In this document: piece by piece, positions 1 through 13,680 of the stretch
How the letters are laid out: each line of letters opens with the position of its first letter
Numbering within the stretch: position 1 is the first letter of the stretch
Assembly (NCBI GenBank): GCA_964016885.1
Contig: OZ024742.1
Span: 225,618,001-225,682,000 of the forward strand
Direction: 5' to 3'
Length of the DNA stretch: 64,000 bases
From: Eledone cirrhosa
Taxonomy: Eukaryota
Translations under genes and position numbers: made by a program
The notes under the pieces: generated by a model
Told to the model about the DNA's origin: nothing
Databases searched by the model: none
What the model saw: only the letters and a program-made list of their open reading frames with translations

Positions 1-760
1 TGTGTTGGGCAGCACATTTTTTCCCAGGGAAGGCCTTAGCATTTATTATTGTCTGTCTATCTCGTCTTACAAGTAAGAAATCAATCTGGCTTGTGTGTCT
101 GCTTGATTGGTATGTGTTCAGATGGCTGGCCAATTTCCTGAAATTTGTCTTACAAATGGTTAGTTCATTTGCATCACAGAATTCCAGGAACCTCACTCCC
201 TCTTCATTTTTTTAGCCATAACCATAACTGCTGTGAACTCCACTGAATCCATCCTGATACTGTCCAACATATCCATTGAAGTCACCTGCCTAGATGATGA
301 GGTCTCTTTCATTAATAGCTGAAGTTGTCAGTAAAAGTTCCTCATAGAACCTGTCCTTTTGTTCTTTACTCATTCCTGCCTGTGGAGCATAAGTAGTTGT
401 AATTGTCACCATTTTATTTACTACAGCTATTCTAAGCTTGATAATTCTGTCACTTACTCTCACTACTTCCATCACCTTATCTATCCATTTCTCAGAAAGT
501 AGGATGCCTACACCACCTACTCCATCGTCATTTCCTAACCCATAAAGTTTGTATCTATGTACTTTGCCTGTGAGTAGTCTTGCTGAGGCACCCCTCCATC
601 TCACTTCTTGTACACAGCATACATCCACTTCTCTTCCACAATTTCACCTGATTTACCCTTCAGGGTGCCATCATTTGGGGTGGCAGTCCTGAGATTTGTA
701 ACTTGACAGTGGTTAGTTACTTGAGCAGAAGTTCTTTGTACCTGGAAGAGAAACAGGTTG
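1..760 (-). mobile_element. RTE-clade LINE, AP-endonuclease fragment (degenerate)
   Basis: ORF 290..628 has CVQEVRW, GVGILL and YAPQ motifs; the flanks encode GDFNG-like and QIDFLL motifs with stops. Confidence 0.85.
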
Positions 761-1291
761 TGTGATTGCTTGATGATGGTTGAGGGGTTCTCTCACATGG
801 CTACTCTGGCCAGCCCACTACCAGGTTCACGTCTGCCCAGTGCAGTTGTTTTTATTCAGAGTCACTGCTCTCCTAGACAAGTTGCCTTCACTATGGCTTA
901 CCGAGCTCATGTCTGCTTCATTCAGTGACTCCTATCCTAGACAGGCTGCCTTCCAACTCAAACATCTTAAGAATCCTTGTTTACCTTTCTAAGCATAATT
1001 ACAGAGTAGTGAATTGTCATGTGACATTAAGCCTACAAGAGGGTATGTCTGAAAAGGTGGGATACGGTGAACACATCGCTGGAGTGAAATTTCAATTTAC
1101 AGGAAAAGAAGCATTTGTGAAACAGGATGTAAAGTATATGATATGAACGAAAGCTAGATTGTATGAAGCTTTTGAATAAAGTGCAATGTTGTATGGTAGT
1201 CTGATGTGGACCTTGACTGCTAAGGATGGCATCAGCACTACCACTTTACAGAGTGTATTGTGTGCATTTATTGTGGCACCAACAAAGAGGT

Positions 1292-1661
1292 TGTAGCGGT
1301 TGTCTCCCTTGTTTGGATTAACGTCTGGACGGGAAGTGGGGCCCTTTCTGTAACTTCCGGTCAGGGCCCTATAAAACTAACAACTTTAAGCTCTCTCTCT
1401 CTCATTGCCTTTTCGGCACCAGGTCAAGAGCCTCTCATTTGGCTCTGCCATTCATTTGGCCAACAGGCGCCTGGCCTTAGCCAGGCGTCCTCTGCCAGCC
1501 GCGTTTGCCTGGCAATCAAAACGGTAACTACTAACTTTGCTTCATTCTACCATCCTCATCTTTGACATGTCAACTATACTATCTACCATTGTTAATTAAA
1601 TATTATCTACACCAACAATGTATTCCTTGTTACATTCATACAACCCAGTATTCTCGCTATA
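1292..1661 (+). mobile_element. Solo LTR (Gypsy-like)
   Basis: TGTAGCG...CGCTATA inverted ends, AGGT 4-bp TSD (1288-1291 and 1662-1665), TATAAAA near 1370, ATTAAA near 1595. Confidence 0.62.
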
Positions 1662-1873
1662 AGGTTATTACATCTTTCGCATGACTTTACAGATGTACTG
1701 GGTGAATTTTACCATATTATCAACACTAGTGAATTTGTTTTGAATCCTGCAAGACTAAGGATTTACTCAATACCCAACATTTTCCCTATTTCTAATTATA
1801 ATATATTTATTTTTTGTAAAGTTTAATTTTTATATTTGATTTTGAATTCTTTTTTCAATATTTCTCTTTACAG

Positions 1874-1971
1874 AAGTATCAACAACTGAGGGACGATTGG
1901 GCTGTTCTGAAGTTTTGTTTGAGAATTCTGGGAATGCACGCAGCCTTGCTGTGGAGCCAGATCGATTAGGA
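1874..1971 (+). CDS. RNF123: RNF123 exon 1 in window (VSTTEGRLG...EPDRLG)
   Basis: ttacag acceptor, gtaagt donor; phase fits the next exon. Confidence 0.85.
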
Positions 1972-2990
1972 GTAAGTATATATATATAATGCCCAAGAAA
2001 TGCTGTATGTCAATACAGTGCCCCCTCGAATTCTATCAGGAGTTACAGGACCAGACATACATACACACACACACACATATATATATATATTGTTTATTAG
2101 AACATCCATCTATAGAAACTATGCCAAACAAAAGAGTTTAAAAGGATTCTTCAGATGTGTCAAGGACTTGACAACTTCCCTTGTGCTACTGCCTTAATAA
2201 AATGCACACAATACACTCTGAAAGTGATTGGTGATAGGAAGGGCATTCAGCTGTAAAAACCATGCGAAAACTGGAATGTGAGACATGACTCCTGCCCTGT
2301 ATGTCTATAAGACTTGAGAACCAGAGGAAGACCATACCAGCAGTGGATTGACAGGTTCACAGACATGCTTCACCACAGCATGACATTGTTACAGGCCTTA
2401 CACCTTGCTGCATATCACTTTTGATACTGAATTGCCCCTGGTTCTATCATACAGAAATGTTTGCTTTAAAGTGCTTAAATTAAAATTTATCTTAAAACCT
2501 CTCATCATAATTTTATGTAAGAACCTTTGTTACGTTCCAAATACCAGCTTGATAATGAGAAAGCTAGTTATGTTACTGAATCACTCCAAATTCTTGGTTA
2601 TTTTCAAAATTATTTGAAAGTCAGCAACAGTGTCTTTCTTTAGAAATATGGTATTGTAAAGGTTAACCACTGAGCTGTCCAAAAATGGCTGTTAGATGAT
2701 GATGATGATGATGATGAACAATAGCACTAGCACAACGTGTCAAAACCAACGGAGAATCTAGTGGTGATTAAAGGAGTTGGGGGTTGACTTGGTTGTAGCC
2801 AGGGGACCCTCAATGTTTAAGGGGTTCCACATTAATTTTTTGCTATCATGAATAATACACAAGGGCCTCAATGAAACTTTCAGTCAAGTAGCCCATGCAA
2901 ACTTAATCTGACCCTGGTTTCATAGGAGACCACAATTTTATAATTAACACTTATAGTTATAAATTCTAAATATAATTAATTAATGTTTAA

Positions 2991-3211
2991 CCCATTAGCA
3001 TTTACATTACTCTACTACTGTATTTTTGCAGTAAAGGCTTTAACTTACATAATTATCTCACATAATATCGAATCTACGAAATTTTAATGATGTTATTATT
3101 TATTTTGAGAACAATACCTTAACATTGGTATGAGCAGCCAGTTACAGCCGGTTTGAACAGAAAGAGGCGAGAGAATTCTGGCCGGATATGTCTGGTTTAA
3201 ATGCTAAAGGG
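2991..3211. mobile_element. piggyBac-like MITE (TTAA-CCC...GGG-TTAA)
   Basis: TIR CCC(A/T)TTAGCATTTA with TTAA flanks; several copies in the window. Confidence 0.8.
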
Positions 3212-3288
3212 TTAACATTTTAATAAACTGCAAACATCTCCAGTAATTTACATCCATTAACATCTTCAATATTTCTTTTTATTTACAG

Positions 3289-3343
3289 GTGTCAAGTCTA
3301 AGTAACTTCAGTTCAATTAGAGCTAACTGTTGCGTTTATAAAG
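3289..3343 (+). CDS. RNF123: RNF123 exon 2 (VSSLSNFSSIRANCCVYK)
   Basis: AG/GT boundaries; SPRY N-terminal motif. Confidence 0.93.
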
Positions 3344-3780
3344 GTAAGCATTTTAATTACTATTATATACTGTTTGGACAAACAAACTGAGACAACGTAG
3401 TGTAGTGAGGACTTTTTAGTCTTGTTGAGGGAGGACATGACAACCTTTTTAGTGTTGGTGCCATGATAAAATGCACCCAGTATACCTTAAAAAATGGTTA
3501 GTGTTAGGAAGGGTATCCAGCTCATAAAATGCACCCAATAAGTGCTGCAAAGTGGTTGATGTTAGGAATGGCATCTAGCCATAGAAGCCATCTCAAAATC
3601 TTGAATGTATAAGTGTGGTGTGATCCCTAACTCATCCAAGAGGACAGCAGCTCCAAATAAGAACTCACTTGGGCTGGGACAACCACCAAACTCATGCCAG
3701 AGTGGAAAATGAATGTAAAATAATGATGATGATAATGTGGGTTTTAGTTTTTATATACTGTGTGTACCACCAAAATGAAG

Positions 3781-4098
3781 ACATTAAACTAATGGTTAGT
3801 GCCATAGCTATCAACCAGCTCAGAGCTCATCAAACCATCAAATAGCTAGCGCTGTACCTCTCACCATGCTCAGAACTCATCAACCCATTAAATGGTTGAT
3901 GCCATATCTATCAATCAGCTTAGAACTTATCAACCCATCAAATGGTTGATGCCATATCTATCAACCAGCTCAGAAATCATTAAACCATCAAATAGTTAGT
4001 GCTGTACCTCACAACTTGCTCAGAACTCATTAACCCATCAAATGGTTGGTGCTGTACCTCTCACCCAGCTTAGAACTCATCAACCCATCAAATGGTTT
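3781..4098. repeat. 50-bp minisatellite, about 6 copies
   Basis: The aatggtt/aatag motif recurs every 50 bp from 3791 to 4091. Confidence 0.9.
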
Positions 4099-6139
4099 GG
4101 TCACCTGGTGAGAATGCCAGTTAACCAACTGGCTCTATAAGCATATAACAGAACTAGAGAAAGGCCACACCAGCAGTGGATTGACGGGGTCAAAGACACT
4201 TTTCACTACAGCATGATACCGTTACAGGCCTTACAGCTTACTACATATTACCAACTTCATCTACCTATTGCAAGACCAGTCGTAGATGGACTGATGTTCG
4301 CAGGCACACTCCACACCCGATACTACTACAGGCCAGACACTTGGCTGTAGATCATCAACGAGACTGTCTCGCAACAGTTGTGGACTGATAAAGTCACAGA
4401 CACATTCCACACCCAGAGTATGACACTACTACATGCCTCACATTTTGCTGTAGATCATCAACCTCATTTCCTTGTGTCACCTTTACACTAGAAGCACACT
4501 GAAAAAAAAAAGTGAGATTTGAGGTAAATTTGGTTGCTATTTCGAACAGGTTAAGTGACTGCATAGAAACTCCTTCAGTTGTTTATTGGATACAACATAC
4601 TCATTTATTTACTTCCTGTGGTGTAGAGAACATTTATATATAGAGAATTTGATAGCTATAATGAGGAATGGCTACAATGGTGATGATAGTTATAATTGTA
4701 ATATTGATAGCAATAGCATTTAAAAAAATCTTTTTTTTTTAATTATTTAGTCATGAGGGAAAAGCAGTGCCCATGATCCTTTTTAGGGTCTCTGTAACTA
4801 GTGTGAGGCAGAAGAGGTATCCTCAAATGCTTGCAACAGAGTAGACTCCACTAAAGGCAACTAAAGTCAGATAGTGGTGTTAAACTGAGGAACAATTAAA
4901 ACTACTACCCAATTAGGTCACAGTGGGCTTTCAACTCAGAATGTAGTAATTGCAATGTAATAGTAATATTTCATTTATTTACGTCTATTTTTCCACACTA
5001 GCATGGGTTAGACGAGTTGTCTTGTTGTGGGCAATGCAAGGTCAGGTGACCATGTCTTGCACATACAGAACTGATTTGGGTTTGGTTTCTGCAGCTGGAT
5101 GCCCTCCCTAATGCCAACCTCATTTACAGTGAGTACTGAGCGTTTTTTGTTGTGTCGCCTACACAACCACTTTACAGTGCGGACTGGGTGCTTTTTGTTG
5201 TGACAGCTACATGACCACTTTTCAGTGGGGAGGTGGGGGGCATACTGTGTATGTGCTTCAGCTTTGGCCTGTGCCCATGGGAAGTTGGGTCTTCTATATT
5301 ATATATATATAGGCACAGGTTATATGGTTAAGAAGATGGCTTTTGAGCCATATGGTTTTAAGTTTAGTCCCCAGTCCTATCATGTCAATTTTTCTGGTTG
5401 GAGGAAGTGGGATTTGAACTCAGAATGCACAGAACAGATATACAAGGTGTCCCATTCAGCCATTTACCTATTCCACTAATCCACTGCCCTGGACTGGTAC
5501 TTTTTTTTTATCAATCCTCAAACCCAAAAGGATGAAAGGCAAAATTGACTTCAGCAAGAGCTGAAACAAATACCACAAAGTATTTTATCCTACTCTCTAA
5601 CAACTGTGCTAATTCACTAGAAAAAGTACCTATATCTGCCCTACTTAATATACGAATGATCTTCACTGCTGTACCTAATGATGTTATTAAATTATTTATT
5701 AGCCTTAGTATCATATTTATATTTAACATAACATTTTTCATGTTATAAATTAAAGATAAAATTTTAATATGATTTTTTTTTACTATGTTTAATACAAAAT
5801 GCCTTTTTTAAAGCCAGTATTGATTTTCTACAATTATTATATTCAAGCTGGTGTATATTTTGCTGGAAAGGAGAGGTAGTAAGAGTATGTGTGTGAGAGA
5901 GAGAGAAGTGGTGCTGGTAGCTGCAATGCTGAACATTTTCTTTTAAATCCAGGACAATTATATTATTTGTGTGTATGTATAGGTTATATATATATATAAC
6001 TTATAAATATATCATTTAAAATGTTTATATTGATATTTAATACCTGTTGTTTGTTTTTAAATAAACCATGGAATTTCCACAGGGGCAGCTTGTTTATTTA
6101 AATGTAATTTAATATGTCTATATATTTATATATATAAGT

Positions 6140-6400
6140 GATGGCATGTGGCTGAGTGGTTAGAGAATTGGATCTGCAATTGTGAGGTTGTGGGTTCAAT
6201 TCCCAGACCAGGAGATGCGTTATACCCTTGAACAAGACACTTTATTTCACGTTGCTCCTTCTATCTGGATTTGTGACCGATAGACAGTATTAGCAATTGG
6301 AAAGACCAATGTAAACATTGTTTCCTCGGTCCGATTTGACGAGTTGCACCAGACTTGTTAAGCAAATGAAGTCTGGGATCTTGCCAATTGACTGTCGATA
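6140..6400 (+). mobile_element. tRNA-derived SINE
   Basis: A box TGGCTGAGTGG, B box GGTTCAATTCC; many relatives in the window. Confidence 0.75.
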
Positions 6401-6771
6401 TCATCATCATCATCATCATCAACGTTTAACGTCCGTGTTCCACGCTTGCATGGGTTTGGACGGGGGTAGTCCCACTTGAGGCAAGAGTGATTGTCTTGCT
6501 CACATAGGACTGTCTGGCAGGTTTTCTACAGTTGGATGCCCTTCCTAACACCAACCACATTTACAGTGTGGGTCTGGGAGGTTTTTACCGTGTTGCCTTC
6601 ACGGCCACATTACAGCGTGGACTGTGTGTTTTTTTGTCGTGACACCTACACGATCTCATTTGTTTCGGCCTGGATGGCGCGGCACCAACATAACTTTACA
6701 TAGAACGGGGTGGTGTGGATGGGGTGGGGGTGGTGGCGGGACGGGGTGTATTTTGTTAGAGATGCCTACTG

Positions 6772-6772
<1 letters not shown>
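6400..6772 (-). mobile_element. 5'-truncated RTE LINE 3' end with (GAT)n tail
   Basis: Matches the 3' UTR that follows the RT fragment at 51200-51575. Confidence 0.75.
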
Positions 6773-6813
<41 letters not shown>

Positions 6814-6948
6814 TGAACAATGAAAATAAAACAAAAGTCAAAGACATGTTCTTGATTAGTTCAATGTTTTACAATCATGGTAAATCGATATATTGACTAA
6901 TAGATAGTGGTTATGTCACCACAGATATCTAGTCTCAATATCCTAGAC

Positions 6949-7589
6949 CAGTGGTTCCCAAACTTTTTTTATCGCGGAACCCCTTGACATTATCACGGAA
7001 CATGAATTAAACTAGTAGTTGCGGAAGGTTGTGCTGCATGTTCAGCAATTTCTGTATCTTCTATAGAAGATTTTGTTTCTGTATTTCTTGTAATTTCAGT
7101 TCCTTTACGAATTTCTTGTTTTCTTAACCATCGATCCATTAAAGGGCTTTGAAAATAAAAATGTTAATAAAACTCAAAAATAAACTCGTTGACAAGGAGC
7201 AAACGTTTATTGATACAGGATACAGCACATGCTCACCGTGTGAGACTTGATACCTATGGTACGTTTAAGAGAGAACTTAAATATAAATGAGAGATTCAAA
7301 TACGTAAGTTTATTGTATAAAGTTATAAATCTGATTATAATTCTGAGTATTACACGGTGCTAACAGTACACCCTTAATAATGGAATACTACAACCCAACT
7401 GAACGATTTGGCTGAGAGCTCCGCAGTGTAACACTCTTTGCATGTTTATATGGGGAGTATATACCGATCATACACGTTACAACTTGTTAGTCTTTATTTT
7501 TGTAGTAAACTTCAACTTGCGCCTTACGGAACCCCTGGCCTTGCTTCATGGAACCCTAAGGTTCGCGGAACCCACTTTGGGAACCACTG
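6949..7589. mobile_element. Non-autonomous hAT (Charlie-like) element
   Basis: TIR CAGTGGTTCCCAAA; perfect 8-bp TSD TCCTAGAC. Confidence 0.92.
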
Positions 7590-8469
7590 TCCTAGACTCA
7601 TCATCTTCCTAAGAAACTGAACTATAATTTTTATTTGTGATATTTTTATTTATATATATAAAGAGGCTGAAATGGGATATCAATTAAGCTATGACAAGTA
7701 CATATAGAATTTTATGTGACTATAAGGAAAAGGTATATATATATACACATTATGTTAGGTTGCTTTTGTGTTCTACTGGTAACATGTTATCGAGTACAAC
7801 CTGCTGCATGGTTGGGTTGGCAGCGACTAAACCAGCAACCCCACCAAGATTGTTTGGTGAGGAGGGTAATTGAATATCCAGCAGGACAAAAAACAAAACC
7901 AGACAAAGGACAGAGGAATTCAGGAAAGTCAACAGCCATCCAATCATACATGTACATATGTACATACTTTTGTACTTTTATATATATTTATGTGGGTATA
8001 TCTTTTTTTAAATACATTTTAATCCTTTTTACCTTTTAGCATTTTAATCTTTTTTATCTTTTAACTTTTAATTTTTGGGGTGGGTGGGTGGGGGGTCTCT
8101 GTAACCTTAGTTAGTGATCTACTTAGGAGAAGGAAAACTCCAATGTAAAACCTGAGGTTCATTAAGTATTCGGTCTTGTCATACTATTTGTCACATTGAA
8201 TAGCAACTCCATGTTCCAAAAAGTGGAGGTAGTGCTGTGCAAGCTACATCCACTTTAAAATTATTTGCACAGATACTTCTTGTACACTTTCCTTGTTATT
8301 TAAGATTGGAACAAGGGGTTGGCAATAACCTAAACATGCATCCATAATTCTAATTGAAAAGTCAGTAAATGGCAGAAAGGGCTTGAGATCAAGGTGCCCT
8401 AGGATACCATAGCCTGGGTCCAGTCATCATCCTGCTACTGTGACAAACACAAACAAAAAAACCTAGGGT

Positions 8470-9740
8470 TGGTATGAATTTTGCTTGGTGGAATCTACGT
8501 ACTCTTTTGGACAACAATAAGTCTGAGAGTGTAAAACATCGCACAGCGTTAATTGCAAAAGAAATCGTAATTATGATCTGGACCTCAGTGCATTATCTGA
8601 GACACGTCTATACAGAGATGGAGAATTTACTGAAAAGCCATTAGGTTACACTTTCTTTTGGAAAGGTTTGCCTGAAGGGCAAAGGAGAGATTCAGGTGTT
8701 AGTTTTGCAATTAAAAACTCAATCTTAGATTGTATCCAACTTTCCAAGCTGTGTATCTGAACGCATAATATCTCTCCAGCTCCAGCTGAAGGATCGATTC
8801 CTGACAATTGTGAGTTTGTACACAATGTCATATTCCATTGAAAACATTGAAACATTTTTTCAGGATTTTTGGAATCTGGTGAGAAAAGTTCCAAGGGAAG
8901 AGAAGCTAGTCATCATAAGTGATTTTAATGCTAGAGTGGGAATATATCATGCAACCTGGTCTGTTTGAAGAAACGTGGCACTGGAAAATGTAACGAAAAT
9001 ACACTATTTCTTCTCACATTTTGTACCGAACACCAGCTGGCTATCTCAAATACTTTCTTGAAGCAAAAAGCGAAATATAAAAACACATGGATCTAGGTCT
9101 AAGCACTGGAACCTTCTTGATTATATATTAGTTCGCAAAACAGCTTTAAATGATGTCACTAGTGACCGAGTAATGAGATATGCAGAATGTTGAATGGACC
9201 ATAGGCTTGTTAGGGGGAAATTCAATATCTCAATCAGGCAAAAAAATCAGAAATACCCAAAAAATCTAAATTACCAAAGAGAATAAACACTGCACTCTTT
9301 AAATCCCTTATGCTGTTGAAAAGTTTTCAAGATAGACTTATGAGCATTATTTGCGATGACTGCAAAGACTCTAAAACCTTCTTTTCATATATAAAAGAGG
9401 TATTTGGTCCTAGAGCAATGGCGATATCCCCTGTGAGATCCATTGATGGACAACAACTCTTTACGGATGTCGTATCTATACAGAAACATTGGGTGCAACT
9501 CTAATCTGATCTGCTTAACAGGCCATCAAATGATAATATGGACAACCTTCCAGTCATCAAAGAAATGTCTTCTGACTGTTCAGTAGACATTTTTTAAAAT
9601 AACAATAAATCTCCCATTATCGATGGTATCAGTACAGAAATATTGAAATGCTTCAATCACTACTTTTGGATTGTTGGAGAGTGGAGGAAGTACCACAGAA
9701 CTGGGTCAGTGTTATTTTAATATCACTTTTTAAATCTGCT
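8470..9740 (+). mobile_element. Old degenerate RTE-like LINE (endonuclease to linker)
   Basis: WNLRTLLD, ALSETRL, DFNARVG, LLDYILV and DHRLV motifs broken by stops and frameshifts. Confidence 0.75.
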
Positions 9741-10889
9741 CCTAAAGATTTATGTAGTAACTTTCATGGGACCAGCCAGCTTTGAGGGATAGCGATAGAA
9801 CAAGTAGAAAAGAGAAGAAACAGCATGTCTGTAGGATAGATGTTAGAGTATATCTGTGAGGCTGGAATGTGTTAGTGGGTGAGAGCTGGGGATGAGTAAG
9901 GGTGCAGCTGCATCCCCACCCGCTCAAAATAAAAAAGAAATTGTCAGAAAATTCTTAAATTTTCAAAAAATATTGTATACTTTGCTCGTTTATTTTAATT
10001 ACATGAAACAATAAAATAAGTACAATACAATAAAGATGTCATTGTAATGATTGGCGAGTATAAAAATTATGTTTGACCTTTTATATTATATACCTGTCAT
10101 CTTATATAGCACAATTCTTGTTTTATACAAAGAACACATATAAATCACAATATATTCGTATTCTGCCTTATTATTATTTTCATTATTTTGAAATTGCACT
10201 TTAAAAAAAAGGTAGTAAATTTGAAATTTCAAAATAAGTTTGTATTCTTTCATATTATCAATATCATATATGATATTATCTCTCTTTCTCTTGTCCATTT
10301 CCTTTTTGTTTTCCACCACTGTCAATATATTTATGTATATGTGTATATATACATGGTACACCCTATAAATTGTTAGTGTTGCTGCCGTCATGTCTGTAAA
10401 GTGGTTGTGTTGGTTTTACAAAAAAATGCACCCAGTATACTCTCTAAAATTAGATACTTTTGGCGAAAAATTAGTAATTTTTGTCAGAAAATTATAGATG
10501 TCTGTACCTCCAAAAATTTTAGGAGCAATATGCTTATGAATGAGAGGTTGGAATGTGTGTGAGTGAGAATCTTGAGTGTGTCTGTGGGTCAGAGGTTGGA
10601 ATGTGTCTGTGAATGAGAGATTGGAGTGTGTCTGTGACTATACCAGTTAGGTATGTTGGAGAATTTTTTTTTTTTTCCATTAAGATTACCATAAACATTA
10701 TAGAAAAAGAGTGTCTGAGTGAAGATGGCATAAAATCAGCCAGTTCTGAGGAGCAGAGGCCATTGCCATTGTAGTAGTGGCAGGAAAGGTATAGGGAGGA
10801 AGCAGCACATCTGTAGCTGAGCCAGAGGTCAATTAGTTGAGTTTAAACAAAATAATAAAATATATGATATCAAATTTAATTTCTTTCAG

Positions 10890-10975
10890 GTAAATGGATA
10901 TATGAACTTATGTTGGGTTCAAAAGGTGTGATGCAGGTTGGATGGTGCACTATAAATTGCCAATTTTTTCAAGAG
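10890..10975 (+). CDS. RNF123: RNF123 exon 3 (GKWIYELMLGSKGVMQVGWCTINCQFFQE)
   Basis: AG/GT boundaries; SPRY motif. Confidence 0.95.
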
Positions 10976-11150
10976 GTAAGTATATAAAATATATATATTA
11001 ATATCAATATACATACTTAGGTTAATAGGAGTTAGGTATTGTATACCCGTGTTCCATTAAGGTATTGGCAGCATAATAATTAGCTCTATGCTTTGGAACA
11101 GAGCCGTATATATGATAAAGAACACAAGAGCGTCTACAACATCAAAAGAT

Positions 11151-11210
11151 TTTTATTGGCTTACAATGTTTCTTCCTTACGTAACCATAGGATTCGTCAG
11201 AGCTATAAAA
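11151..11210 (-). ncRNA. Minimal type I hammerhead ribozyme motif
   Basis: Minus strand: uuuuauAGCU-CUGACGA-aUCCU..AGGAa-GAAA-CAUUG-UA|AGCcaAUAAAA. Confidence 0.7.
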
Positions 11211-12393
11211 GGGGTTTGATTGGTGTTATGGACTCTACCAACCAAACATTCAAGAACAAAGAGTAAAGAGAGTAAAGAGAAAAAGTAGGGGACGATAAGT
11301 CTAATTTTGGTGCGGGAGGGTGGGGTGTAGGTCCTTGTTTACTAGCTGCAGTCATATTCATTCCCGGGAGTCGATTGGTTAGCTGAACCATAGATGGGGT
11401 GGCGTCGATAGTATGGTGCAGAGGCTACACAAACACAAAGGGCATACAATATATATATATATATATAACGGAGGAGAAAGTACATGAGGTAATTAGAAAT
11501 GGAAAAAGAGTAATAATAATAATCTATAATTAATAATGTATAATAAGGCATGGGGAAGATTACACTATAATAAGGTATAAAAGTAAGAATAACGTAAAAT
11601 ATAAAGGAGGATAAAAGTGGAAATAATAAAGATAAAAAATATATATGTAAAAAAATATATAGAGAATATATAAAGAAATATAAGCGAGTATTTGGAGGGG
11701 AAAACACAATGTAAAAAAACTGATTTTTTTCAAATAAAAATATAATTATGGGGGGAGAAAACGGGATAGAGAAGTATGATCAAATGTGATTAGTTGAGAG
11801 AATATAAGATGATAATAGTTATGTCAAGTTTATACATCTTAATAATAAATAATCTGTGTATCAGAGTTACAGAACCTTCAATTCACTTACAGGTTCAAGC
11901 CACGTGGCATAGTCCATTGTTTATCTGTGCAGTCATGCGCGTTTGTTTTTGACACCACAGCAGATGCACAAGTTCGTAAATTCCAATGCAGATAGAAATC
12001 TATTTTTGCTCACCCAGACATTGACGAAGGATCCAATATTCCTAGTTCAATATGTGTGTGGTGTTATTTTGGTCGTACAAATCAATCACTTGGTTCAATA
12101 TTATGGAGTATGGTTTTCTGGTCTTCGTAACAGTGTCAGTGGTTGTATATCTCGAAATCACAAGGATCACAGTACTCCGGTTTGGTGTGATTATCGGTCA
12201 TCCAGCTATGTTGTTGGTGGTTGGATTCAATTCTATTGCCCCGAACGTAGAACTTTGGTGTCGATAGAACATTAACGAGGCAGGGTGAGATCGCATCTGT
12301 GGTACAAAACGGTACGCATGGAAATTCTTCGTCTTCGTTTCATCCGGGTCTAGCAGTCACGTGCAAGAACCGCTACGTAGTAATTGTGGGGTT

Positions 12394-12731
12394 AATCGGT
12401 CAAGTCAGCAACTGACCGAAAATTCTCTTAGGAATTCAGACAGGCATTACAGGCACATTTAGGTCAGCAGCTTCTTTATGTGTACGTGTGTCCGACACAC
12501 ACAGACACACATTTATATGTATTTCAACTCAAAAAACTCAATTGATTCACCCACTGATACTACAATCGGTCAAGACAGCAACTGGCCGAAAATTCCCTTA
12601 GGAATTCAGACAGGCATGACAGGTACATTTAGGTCAGCAGCTTCTTTATGTGTACGTGTGTCCGATACACACAGACACATATCCATATGTATTTCAACTC
12701 AAAAAATTTCGTTGATTCGCCTATTGATATT
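12394..12731. repeat. 170-bp tandem duplication
   Basis: aatcggtcaag...tgata.ta starts at both 12394 and 12564. Confidence 0.9.
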
Positions 12732-13593
12732 ATATCTGTGTTGCTCCGATGTGCATGTTGTGGTGTTCTGGTCGTGCATAGCATTCACTGTGTTTTACCA
12801 TTACCTTGGAATGTGATGTTATGGTCATCATGGTTGATGACCATAACTACAGCCATACAAGGTGGATTGGGTATTTTTTCATAGCAGCAGAACTATTGGA
12901 GAGCACATGTGGAACATGTCCAACTTTCCATGCCTGCATGCAAGGGTTGGACAGAAAAGATGTATCAGAGGTGTGGAAGGAGTGGGAAAAGTACATTGAC
13001 ATAGTCATTAGACATCTCCTTCCCCTATCCAGATGGGTTGTTACGCTCAGAGACTAGGAAAGACAAGAGACAACATCTTGTTCATACATTCCATTTTTGT
13101 GTTGGCTTTGTCTCTCCAGCTAGATACCCTGTCTGGCTTTAACTTATTTTATATCTTTGCATATAATACAACTTATGTATAATATGACTCCTGTTTCTGA
13201 AACAAAAAAAAAGAATGAATATATTATATCCTTGAGTATAATAACACCCTAGAGTACATTGATGTGTATGTAAATAGTTTTGTAAACTTGTATCATGTTA
13301 TCCATCAAAATTTTAATCTCATACATTTATTTCACTACAATATTCAGTTTCTCATGATGTTCAAGAATGTAAAACAACAAGATTTTTAACATTTTATAAA
13401 CAATTGTTATAAACACATATTTGCAATCTTGCTATTTGAACTGAGTATTTTTAAGCTCAGTAAAAATGTTTGAAAACATGTACTCATGTATAATAGGACA
13501 CTACTTTTTTGCATTTAATTTTAGTTCAAAATTTTTTTTATTATACATGAAAAAATCTGGTATGTATATATATATATAAAACTTATGTTATAG

Positions 13594-13680
13594 AATGGTG
13601 TTGGAGACACGACAGATTCTTATGCCTATGATGGTAACAGACTTTGCAAATGGAATGTAAAAACTGAACGGTATGGAGAG
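13594..13680 (+). CDS. RNF123: RNF123 exon 4 ([29 protein letters not shown])
   Basis: AG/GT boundaries; SPRY motif. Confidence 0.95.

Noticed and set aside
3781-4098. CRISPR-like periodicity in this and the 62-bp and 69-bp arrays
   Set aside because: There are no unique spacers, the context is eukaryotic and intronic, and no cas genes are present.
6140-6215. tRNA gene
   Set aside because: A and B boxes are present, but there is no proper acceptor stem or terminator and the sequence continues into a SINE body; the same holds for other copies.
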